Shown piece after piece: positions 33,858 to 42,156 of a stretch of DNA of 64,000 nucleotides. This stretch comes from an uncultured delta proteobacterium (GTDB lineage: Bacteria; Myxococcota; Myxococcia; Myxococcales; Myxococcaceae): positions 224,001-288,000 of the forward strand of contig CAWCKH010000003.1 of the NCBI GenBank assembly GCA_963796055.1, given 5' to 3'. The notes below the pieces were generated by a model, which was given only the letters and a program-made list of their open reading frames with translations, ran no database searches and was not told where the DNA came from. Numbering within the stretch: position 1 is the first letter of the stretch; each line of letters begins with the position of its first letter. The position numbers and the translations under genes are program-made.

Positions 33858-34296
33858 CCCACGCCACCATGCTGAACACCACCTCGCCGGCGCTGTTCTC
33901 CAGGGCGTAGCCGAGCTTGACGCTGCCGCGGTCGGGCTTGCTCCGCGATGGCCGGGCCTCGAGTACCTCGAGGGTGAGGGTGAGCGGGTCGTCGGGCCGC
34001 ACCGGCCGGAGCCACTTCAGCTCCTCCAGCCCCGGGGAGCCCATGCTGGTGCTGCCCTCGAGCAGGCCGTCCACCACGACGCGCATGCTGAGGCAGGCGG
34101 TATGCCACCCGCTGGCGACCAGCCCGCCGAAATGCGTCTTCCGTGCCGCCTCCTCGTCCAGGTGGAACGACTGCGGATCCCACTCCCGGGCGAAGCGGAC
34201 GATGTCCTCGCGGGTCAGCGTGCGGGGCGGGAAGGTCCTGCGCCATCCGGGCACCAGATCTTCGTAGCTCAGCCTGCGACCCTCACCCTTGGTCAT
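33817..34296 (-). CDS. MaoC family dehydratase
   Basis: FA.EWDPQSFHLD, FGGLVASGWHT and LKWLRPVRP motifs. AAGGAG RBS. Confidence 0.92.
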   Translation of the reverse strand: MTKGEGRRLSYEDLVPGWRRTFPPRTLTREDIVRFAREWDPQSFHLDEEAARKTHFGGLVASGWHTACLSMRVVVDGLLEGSTSMGSPGLEELKWLRPVRPDDPLTLTLEVLEARPSRSKPDRGSVKLGYALENSAGEVVFSMVAWVIFGRRNPGRPED

Positions 34297-34379
34297 CGAC
34301 GTGCTCCTTGGTGTGCGCACGCCCCCTCGTCTAGCGTGCGACGCCGCTCCGCGCCTGCTCCAGGGAAGGAAAGCTCTCC

Positions 34380-35270
34380 ATGTCGTCGCCGCATCGTCCC
34401 ATGCTCGGCATCATCGGTGGCACCGGAATGCCGGAGGCGCTGGGCTCGCTCGGACATGGCGAGCAGCACCGGGTGGACACGCCGTTCGGGCCGCCCTCGT
34501 CGCCGATCACCGTGGTGGAGCTCGGGGGTGCGCCGGTGGCTCTGCTCCCCCGGCACGGCGAAGGTCACCGGTTCCCGCCCGGACGGGTCCCCTACCGGGC
34601 GAACGTCTTCGCGCTCAAGGCGGTGGGGGTGACCCACGTCCTGGCCACCGCGGCGGTGGGCTCGCTCCGGGAGGAGATCCGCCCCGGCGAGCTGGTGGTT
34701 CCGGACCAGATCATCGACCGCACCTTCCGCCGCGAGCCGACCTTCTTCGACGACCTCGCCGTGCACGTGGAGCTCGCCCAGCCGTTCTGCGAGTCGCTGC
34801 GGAGGGTGCTGCTGTCCGCGCAGTCCGGCGTCCGGGTGCACGACGGCGGCACCTACGTGTGCATGGAGGGCCCGCAGTTCTCCACCCGCGCCGAGAGCGA
34901 CCTGCACCGGGCCTGGGGCGCCCACCTCATCGGGATGACCCTGGTGCCCGAGGCCAAGCTCGCCCGGGAGGCCGAGCTCTGCTACGCGGCGGTCAACCTG
35001 GTCACCGACTACGACTGCTGGCGCCCGCACCCCACGGAGCTGGGCGGACAGGAGCTGCTGGAGGAGATCATCGGGAACCTCCGGACCACGACGGCAGCCG
35101 CGATGGCGCTCCTCCGCTCGGCGCTCCCCGCCGTCCAGGCGCTGGCCGCCACCGGGTGCGGCTGTCAGAAGTCACTGGAGCGGGCCATCTTCACCTCCGG
35201 CACGCAAATCCACGAGGACACCCGCAGGAAGCTCGACGTCCTTCTCCGCCGCGCGCTCCGGAACCGCTGA
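34380..35270 (+). CDS. mtnP: S-methyl-5'-thioadenosine phosphorylase
   Basis: IIGGTG, TPFG.PS, RHG..H, AVGSL, EGPQFSTRAES, IGMT..PEAKLAREAE and TDYDCW motifs. Confidence 0.92.
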   Translation: MSSPHRPMLGIIGGTGMPEALGSLGHGEQHRVDTPFGPPSSPITVVELGGAPVALLPRHGEGHRFPPGRVPYRANVFALKAVGVTHVLATAAVGSLREEIRPGELVVPDQIIDRTFRREPTFFDDLAVHVELAQPFCESLRRVLLSAQSGVRVHDGGTYVCMEGPQFSTRAESDLHRAWGAHLIGMTLVPEAKLAREAELCYAAVNLVTDYDCWRPHPTELGGQELLEEIIGNLRTTTAAAMALLRSALPAVQALAATGCGCQKSLERAIFTSGTQIHEDTRRKLDVLLRRALRNR

Positions 35271-35350
35271 GCAAGGTCGCTGGCGCGCCGCTGCGCAGTT
35301 CCTCAGGCGTCCCCCTGGTGCGGGGCGCTGAGCCTGGCCGGGCGGCGCCC

Positions 35351-36574
35351 TCACTCGTGCCGGAGCGCCTCGACCGGGTCGAGCTGGGCCGCGCGGGCCG
35401 CCGGCCATATCCCGAAGACCAGGCCCACCGCCGCGGCGAAGCCGATGCCTCCGGCGATGGTTGCCGGTTGCACCGCGGCGGCGAGCGGCGTGGCCATCGA
35501 GACCACCTTCGCCAGCCCGAGCCCGAGGAGCGTCCCGATCGTTCCGCCGATGGCCGACACTCCGGCCGCCTCGAGGAGAAACTGCACCACGATGGTCCTC
35601 CGGCGGGCGCCGAGCGCGCGCCGTACGCCGATCTCCCGGGTGCGCTCGCGCACCGAGACCAGCATCACGTTCATGATGCCGATTCCTCCCACCAGCAGGG
35701 TGATCAGCCCCACGCCCAGCGCCACGCCGTAGAGCGCGCCGGTGAGCTCGGCGTAGGTGTTCGCCAGCTGCTCGGGACGGTTGATGCTGAAGTCGCTCTC
35801 CTTCTCGGGGGCGATGGCGCGAGCGCGGCGGAGCGCGATCTCCACCTGGTCCTGGACCTGGAGGAGATCCACCCCGGGGGCACCGGCCACGCCGATGGTG
35901 AGCTGCCGCTTGCTTCCGAAGTCGGAGAGAAACGTCTTCAGCGGGACCTGGATCGCCAGATCCTGGTTCTGGCCGAGGATCTTCCCCTTGCGCGCCAGCA
36001 CCCCGATGACCCGAAATGGGCGATTGCCGATCCGGATGCTCTGGCCGAGAGGATTGGCGGTGGGGAAGAGCCCATCCGCCACGTCCGCGCCCAGCACTGC
36101 CACCGAGCTCGAGTTGTCGTTCTCCGGCCCGCTCAGGAAACGGCCCGCGGTGACCTCCCACCCGGCGACGGCAGGGAAGTCGGCGGTGGTCCCCTGGATC
36201 CGGACATTGGCCAGGGCGAGGCTGGAGAACTTCACCTCGTCGGTCTTGAAGGTCATCGGCGCCACCGCCACGACCTCCGGCAGCTCCCGGAGCTGCTCCG
36301 CCAGGGGCGGCGTCAGCTCACGGCGGTTCCGGTACTTGAAGAACTCTCCGCGCATGATCCACGGGAACTTGGTCACGTACATCGAGTTCCCGCCGAGGCT
36401 CGCCAGCTGCTGCGCGAAGGAGGAATTCAGCCCCTGGATGATGCCCACGATGGCCAGCAGGGTGCAGACGCCGATCCCGATGCCCACCGTGGTGAGCAGC
36501 GTCCGCAGGCGGTTGGCCCGCAGCGCCAGGACGGCGATCTTCCCGCCCTCCACGACGTCGATGCGCATCCCCAT
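35351..36574 (-). CDS. ABC transporter permease, MacB/FtsX family
   Basis: RTLLT..GI.IGV, LLVGGIGIMNVMLVSVRERTREIGVRRALGA and PA.RAA.LDPVEALR motifs. Confidence 0.93.
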   Translation of the reverse strand: MGMRIDVVEGGKIAVLALRANRLRTLLTTVGIGIGVCTLLAIVGIIQGLNSSFAQQLASLGGNSMYVTKFPWIMRGEFFKYRNRRELTPPLAEQLRELPEVVAVAPMTFKTDEVKFSSLALANVRIQGTTADFPAVAGWEVTAGRFLSGPENDNSSSVAVLGADVADGLFPTANPLGQSIRIGNRPFRVIGVLARKGKILGQNQDLAIQVPLKTFLSDFGSKRQLTIGVAGAPGVDLLQVQDQVEIALRRARAIAPEKESDFSINRPEQLANTYAELTGALYGVALGVGLITLLVGGIGIMNVMLVSVRERTREIGVRRALGARRRTIVVQFLLEAAGVSAIGGTIGTLLGLGLAKVVSMATPLAAAVQPATIAGGIGFAAAVGLVFGIWPAARAAQLDPVEALRHE

Positions 36575-36693
36575 GCCGGTCGAGGACCTCCGCTTCCGGG
36601 GAGCATGACGCCGATCGGCGCGGTCGATTGCAACACCGGTGCCCGTCGGCGGCCCGGTCTGGCCCACTGGCTGCACGGGCGCGGCGGTCTGCC

Positions 36694-37620
36694 TTACCCT
36701 GGGCCTTGCATCCGGCTCCGGGTCGCGGCCCGGGTCTCCTCCAGCTCCTCCAGGCTCCGCGGCCAGTCCTCCTTGAGGAGGCGCGACAGCGACCGGTCTG
36801 CGAGCAGTCGGCCCCCGGTCTGGCAGGCGGCGCAGTAGTTGGTCTCGTTGTCGGCGTGGACGATGCGCTGAACGGGCGAGCCGCAGTCCGGGCAGGGCTT
36901 CCGGTACCGGCCGTGCACCGCCATGCCCTCGCGAAAGGCGGTCACCTTCTCCGGGAAGCCGCTCCCGGCCTCCTCGCGCAGCCTGTCGGTCCAGGTCCTG
37001 AGCACGGACCGCGTCACCTCGTGGAGCCGCCGGACCTCCGCGTCGTCCAGCCGCTGGGAGAGCGCCACGGGCGAGAGCCGAGCGGCATGGAGGATCTCGT
37101 CGGAGTAGGCGTTCCCGATGCCGCTGAACAGCCGCGGATCGGTGAGCGCTCGCTTGAGGGTGTGGTTCTCGCGCCGAAGGGCGGCGCCGAACTGCTCCAT
37201 CGTCGCCTCCATCGGGTCGATGCCCCCCCGATCGAGGGCACGCACCGCCTCCTCGCCGCGCAGCAGCCACAGCTGGGCTCGCTTCCTGGGGCTCGCCTCG
37301 GTCAGCACCAGGGTCCCGGTGGGAAAGTCGAAGGCGGCCAGGCCGACCCGGCCCGGCACCGGCGCCCCCCGTGGCTTCCAGTGCAGCCGCCCGGCGATCA
37401 TGAGATGCAGCACCAGGAAGAGTCCGTCCTCGAGCACGAACACCAGACGCTTGCCCTGCCGCCGCAGGGCGGTCACCCGCTTGCCGGTCGCCTCGCGGAG
37501 CGGTGGGTCCGCAGTGCGCACCAGCGCCGGCCCGCGCACCCGCACACCCTGCAGCGGCTGGCCGAGCACCCGGGGCCCGAGCGCCTCGAGGTAGACGGTG
37601 ACGTCAGGGTACTCGGGCAC
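36694..37620 (-). CDS. Fpg/Nei family DNA glycosylase/AP lyase
   Basis: N-terminal PEYPDV, GK.L, H2TH SGIGNAYSDEIL, and zinc finger CPDC...YCAACQ. Confidence 0.92.
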   Translation of the reverse strand: MPEYPDVTVYLEALGPRVLGQPLQGVRVRGPALVRTADPPLREATGKRVTALRRQGKRLVFVLEDGLFLVLHLMIAGRLHWKPRGAPVPGRVGLAAFDFPTGTLVLTEASPRKRAQLWLLRGEEAVRALDRGGIDPMEATMEQFGAALRRENHTLKRALTDPRLFSGIGNAYSDEILHAARLSPVALSQRLDDAEVRRLHEVTRSVLRTWTDRLREEAGSGFPEKVTAFREGMAVHGRYRKPCPDCGSPVQRIVHADNETNYCAACQTGGRLLADRSLSRLLKEDWPRSLEELEETRAATRSRMQGPG

Positions 37621-38534
37621 TAGACCGCCCTCTTGGTGCCCGGAACGAAGAAGCTCGGGAGCGACTCGCCGAGGAAGGTCTTCAGGGCGCGGGCGGCGGC
37701 GTTGAGGTAGCCCTCACCCCGGTGCAGCAGCGCCACCTGGCGCTTCACTCCACCCTGCCCCACCTCCACCACCTCGAAGCCGCGGCCGGTCCGCTCCCGG
37801 GCCATGATCGACGGGAGCAGGGCGATGCCGAGCCCCCGCTCCACCATCCGCCGCATCGCCTCGGGGTTGTCCGTCTCCAGCACCACGTTCAGCGGCTCGC
37901 CGGCCGCCTCGGCCGCGGTCTCCAGCGCCCGCGTCCCGGCCACGTTGGGCATCACCACCAGCGGCAGGCGGATCACCTCGCGGAGCGCCACCGGCTTCCT
38001 GGCCTCGGCGAGGGGGTGCCCGCGGGGCACGGCCAGCACGAAGTCCTCGCTCCACAGCTTCTGCTGGACCAGATCCACCCGCCGCACCGGGAGCGTCAGC
38101 ACCGCCAGGTCCAGCTCGCCCTTCGCCACCCGGTCCTCGAGCCCCTCCGAGGTCTGCTCCACCAGCCGCAGCCGCACGTCGGGGTAGAGCTTGTGAAACC
38201 GGGGCAGGAGCTCCGGGAGCAGGTACGCGCCCACGGTGGGCAGCGTGCCGAGCGCCACCAGCCCGCTCGCCTTGCCGGTCAACGCGGTCAGCTCGCTCGC
38301 GCCCCGCTGCAGAGCGTCCAGCGCCCGCTGCGCGTGCACCAGGTACCGCTCACCGGCGGCGGTCAGCACCACCCCGCGCGGGGTCCGCACTAGCAGCCGC
38401 GTTCCCAGCTCCCGCTCGAGCGACTGGACCTGCCGGCTCAACCCCGACTGGGACATTCCCAGACGGCGGGCGGCGCTCACGAAGCGCTTCTCCTGCGCCA
38501 GGGTCAGGAAGGCGCCGAGCTGGTCGGTGGTCAC
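37620..38534 (-). CDS. LysR family transcriptional regulator
   Basis: HTH F..AA..L..SQ..LSRQV..LERELG..L..R and substrate-binding domain. Stop overlaps the fpg start by 1 nt. Confidence 0.93.
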   Translation of the reverse strand: MTTDQLGAFLTLAQEKRFVSAARRLGMSQSGLSRQVQSLERELGTRLLVRTPRGVVLTAAGERYLVHAQRALDALQRGASELTALTGKASGLVALGTLPTVGAYLLPELLPRFHKLYPDVRLRLVEQTSEGLEDRVAKGELDLAVLTLPVRRVDLVQQKLWSEDFVLAVPRGHPLAEARKPVALREVIRLPLVVMPNVAGTRALETAAEAAGEPLNVVLETDNPEAMRRMVERGLGIALLPSIMARERTGRGFEVVEVGQGGVKRQVALLHRGEGYLNAAARALKTFLGESLPSFFVPGTKRAV

Positions 38535-38595
38535 GTTCGCTCCAGGGTCCCATCCCGGGGCGACCCGCGCCCCGCGCAAGGAGAGTATGCGCGTG

Positions 38596-38610
38596 ATGCG
38601 CTCCCTGCAT
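38596..38610. promoter_or_regulatory. LysR-type T-N11-A operator
   Basis: ATGC-N7-GCAT dyad in the 105-bp spacer between the divergent LysR and MFS genes. Confidence 0.55.
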
Positions 38611-38639
38611 GGGAATTCTCTGGTTAAGACCGTTCCAGC

Positions 38640-40028
38640 ATGGAGACCTCGAGCACCCTTCCCTGGCAGGCCGCTGCCCCCGGTCGAGAGCGCCGGAGTG
38701 CCACCGCGGCGGTGCTCCTCGGCCTGGTGGTGAGCGCCTTCGAGACCACGGTGGTCACCACCGCCATGCCCACCCTCACCGCCGAGCTCGACGGCCGGGC
38801 GCTCTACGCCTGGGTCTTCACCGGGTTCCTCCTGGCCAGCACGGTCGGCGTGCTCCTCGCAGGGCGCCTCTCGGACCAGCTCGGCCGCCGGGGAACCTTC
38901 GTCGGCGGGATGGGGCTCTTCCTGCTCGGCTCGGTGCTCTGTGGCTTCTCCACCAGCGTCCCGATGCTGGTCGCCTTCCGGATCCTGCAGGGCCTCGGGG
39001 CCGGCGTGGTGCAACCCACCACCCTGACCATCAGCTCCGACCTCTACACGCTCGAGGAGCGGGCGGCGATCCAGAGCGTCTTCACCGGGGCCTGGGGACT
39101 GGCCTCGGTCATCGGGCCGGTGATGGGCGCGCTCCTCACCCAGCACCTCGGGTGGCGGAGCGTGTTCTGGGTCAACGTGCCGGTGGGGCTGCTGGCCGTC
39201 GCGCTCCTGCAGCGTTCCTACCGCGACCCGCCTCGCCGCGAGGCCCGGCGCCCGGAGCTCGGCGGCCCGACTCTGGGCGCGCTCTCCATGGCGCTGCTGC
39301 TCCTCGGGCTCGAGCCTGCGGCGCTCCCCACCCCGGTCGTCCTGCTGGTGCTGCTCGCCGCGGGGCTGACCGCCTGGTCATTCGTTCGCCAGCAGCGCCG
39401 GAGCGCCAATCCGCTCGTCCCGCCCGCGGTGCTCCGGGACCCGACGGTGCGCGCGGGGCTGCTGGGAGGGCTGATGGCGGGCGGCGTTCTGTACACGCTC
39501 AGCGCCTACGTGCCGCTGTGGATGTCGCACGGTGGGCACTCCGCGCTTGGCGCCGGCGTGGCCCTGGTGCCGCTCCTCGCCGGCTGGGCGCTGGGCAGCT
39601 CCTTCGGGGTGAAGCTGCTGCTCCGGGGCGGGCTGCGCGCCTCCGCGGGACTCGGCTTTCTCCTGGCAGGCGCGGGTGGCGCCCTGTTCGGGCTCGCGCT
39701 CTGGCACGGGGCTGCGGTGGGCTGGCTGTACGCCGCGCTGGGGCTTCTCGGCCTCGGGCTGGGCCCGGCGGCGAGCACCAGCATCCTCGCCCCCCAGGCC
39801 CGGGTGCGCTGGGAGCAGCGCGGAGCGGTCACCAGCGCGGTCTACGCCTGCCGGATGCTCGGTGGCAGCCTGGCCATCGCACTGGTCAATCTCCTGGCAG
39901 GCTCCGAGCCGAGACAGGTGCTGCTGGTGGTGGGCATCGCCGCGGCCGGCGCGCTGGCCATCGAGCGGCTCGCCCCCGGCGCCGAAGGCGGCGGACGCGC
40001 CGCGCTGGCCAGCCCCGTGCTCGACTGA
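38640..40028 (+). CDS. MFS transporter (DHA2/EmrB-like)
   Basis: GRLSDQLGRR motif A, FRILQGLGAG, GPVMG..L...GWR.VFWVNVP, many TM helices. Confidence 0.92.
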   Translation: METSSTLPWQAAAPGRERRSATAAVLLGLVVSAFETTVVTTAMPTLTAELDGRALYAWVFTGFLLASTVGVLLAGRLSDQLGRRGTFVGGMGLFLLGSVLCGFSTSVPMLVAFRILQGLGAGVVQPTTLTISSDLYTLEERAAIQSVFTGAWGLASVIGPVMGALLTQHLGWRSVFWVNVPVGLLAVALLQRSYRDPPRREARRPELGGPTLGALSMALLLLGLEPAALPTPVVLLVLLAAGLTAWSFVRQQRRSANPLVPPAVLRDPTVRAGLLGGLMAGGVLYTLSAYVPLWMSHGGHSALGAGVALVPLLAGWALGSSFGVKLLLRGGLRASAGLGFLLAGAGGALFGLALWHGAAVGWLYAALGLLGLGLGPAASTSILAPQARVRWEQRGAVTSAVYACRMLGGSLAIALVNLLAGSEPRQVLLVVGIAAAGALAIERLAPGAEGGGRAALASPVLD

Positions 40029-40036
40029 CCCGCTGC

Positions 40037-40520
40037 TCAGGGCCGCTCGAGCCAGGCCCCGCGGAGCAGCACCCCCGGCGGATGGCGGAGCACCGAGACG
40101 TCCTGCCGCGGATCTCCGTCGATGGACACCAGATCTGCCCGGGCCCCCGGGGCGACGGTGCCGATCTCCCCACCCGTCCCAGGAACTCCGCCGGCCAGCT
40201 CGTCGCCGCCCGGAGCGCATCGAGCGGAGTGAGTCCCGACGCCACCAGCTCCTCGAGCTCGTCGTGCAGCGACGTTCCGGGTTAGGTCGCGCCGATGCCC
40301 GAGTCCGTGCCGGCCAGGAGCCGCGCCCCGGCCGCATGCAGCGCTCCCACCAGGATCCGCCGCGTGCACGAAGGCGATGCTGCCGGGGGCGAGCACCGGC
40401 CGCAGCGCCAGACCCTCGGTCGTGCCGTCCGGGCCTGCGTCCGGCACCGCCGTTCCTGGCCGCGAACCCGGACAGCTCACCAGGGCCAGTACGGGGAGCC
40501 AGCTGGAGGGGGAGCCGCAT
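40037..40520 (-). pseudogene. Amidohydrolase pseudogene (internal deletion, in-frame stop, frameshifts)
   Basis: Signal-like start and ..IAFVHA join directly to the C-terminal LHAAGARLLAGTDSG..*PGTSLHDELEELV.SGLTP.DALRAAT..PAEFLG / GTVAPGARADLV..DGDP. TAA at 40282-40284. Confidence 0.75.
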
Positions 40521-40593
40521 CGGGCGGGCACCGCGCCCCGGGACCGGTCTGCACTGGTGTCTTTGCACCCGTTGTGAGGGACTGCCCGAGCGC

Positions 40594-41709
40594 ATGGACC
40601 CGCTCGTCCTCGAGAAAGCCGCCATCCTCTGCTACCGGCTCTACGACGTGGCGGACGAGATCGACCTCGCGGTCGCCGAGTCGCTGCTCGCCCGGGACGT
40701 CCGCCGGCTGCGGCTGAGCCGCTCCGGGGCGGAGTACCTGCTGCTGCCCAACCCGCCCCTGGTGGTGGGGCTGGGGCGGCGCTCGCTCGCCCTCCCCGAG
40801 GGGCACGTTCGAGGTGGAGGCCCGCGCGCGTCTCTACGACTTCGGCGCGGCCTCCATCGTCCTCGCCGTGCCGGTGCCTCCGGGAACCGCGCTGGACGCG
40901 CTCGCGCCCCTGGCCGACCGTCTGTACGACGGGCCGGAGGTGAACGCCCTCGCCCTGGAGCTGGTGGAGGGGCTGCGCAAGGGGGTGGCACCGGCGATGG
41001 AGAACCCGCACCTCTGGAGCCAGGTGGAGAGCTACGCAGTGGTCTTCGTCGAGGCCTTCCGAGGCTCGCCCACCGCGCAGGAGGTGCTGCGAGCAAGCCG
41101 ACCTCGCCCGGCTGCTCCTCGGCGAGACCACGGTGCCCGAGCTCTCGGCTGCCGAGCGCGCCGACGTGACCCGCCGCCACTTCAGCTACGGGACCAGGGA
41201 CCTGGTGGTCGTCGACTGGAACGCGGCGTTCGTCTACGAGCCCTCGGGCTCGGAGGACATCCCGGACATCCTGGAAATCGCCAACGCCCAGCTGCTCGAG
41301 CTCCGCTACTACGACGAGATGCTGGACCGCAGGCTGGCGGCGGGTGAACGAGCGGCTGAAGCGAGAGCGTCGGCGGATCGGCTCGTTCTTCCGGAGCCCC
41401 TATCCCTCGCTCGCCCGGCAGGTGCAGCTCACCCTGCTGGAGATGAACGAGTTCATCGAGCGGGTGGAGAACTCGCTGAAGATCATCGGCGACTTCTACC
41501 TGGCGAAGGTCTACGAGTCCGCGGTGGAGCAGCTGCGGATCCCGGCCTGGAAGGCCTCGGTGACGCGGAAGCAGCAGATGCTGGGCGACGTCTACGGCTG
41601 GCTCAAGGGCGAGGTGGACACCGCGCGCTCGTTCACCCTCGAGCTGATGATCGTGCTGCTCATCGTCGTCGAGCTCGTCGTGGCCGCGAGCTCGCTCTTC
41701 CGACGGTGA
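40594..41709 (+). pseudogene. RMD1/DUF155-like protein broken by three +1 frameshifts (pseudogene or consensus error)
   Basis: Four frames join into YRLYDVADEIDL..ARLYDFG..SY...DLVVVDWNAA..LEIANAQLLELRYYD..GDFYLAKVY..LELMIVLLI. Extra bases at about 40800, 41090 and 41340. Repaired length 370 aa. Confidence 0.75.
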
Positions 41710-41723
41710 GCCGGGGCCGAGGG

Positions 41724-42156
41724 CTAGCTCCCGCCGTCGCGGACCGCCGGATCGCTGCAGGCCACCGCCACGCCTGCATCCCCCGGCGGGGCAGACCAGG
41801 CAGGTCGCCCCCGACAGCCACTGCTCCTGCGCGGACCCGTACATCCCCGGGTTGGCCAGCAGCACTCCCTGCTGCGAGGGATCGACGGTGAAGCGCGGCG
41901 ACCCGGACCACTGCGGGAGGACCACCGCCTCCCCGTCCGCGGCCCACTCCGTCTCCCCGTTCAGCGGGGCATCACAGCCCAGGTCGCGCACCTCGGCGAG
42001 GTTGTTGGGGCTGCCGAAGAAGATGCTGGTCGCCCGGCCTGGCCGGTCCACGTGGAACCATCCCTCGAACCCGGTCGGGGGTGTGGTCGCCGCCCCGAAG
42101 AGGTTGCAGGCCCCGAGCAATCCCAGGACCAGGGCCAGCAGCAAGACGCGGCTCAT
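41724..42156 (-). CDS. Lipoprotein (probable +1 frameshift in G-run near 41780)
   Basis: Lipobox LLGAC. ATGA overlap with the MMPL stop. Removing one G gives the ending CLVCPAGDAGVAVACSDPAVRDGGS* (143 aa). Confidence 0.65.

Noticed and set aside
40594..41709. Programmed frameshifting in the RMD1-like gene
   Set aside because: Three separate +1 shifts without slippery heptamers, with neighbouring genes also affected, fit error or decay better.
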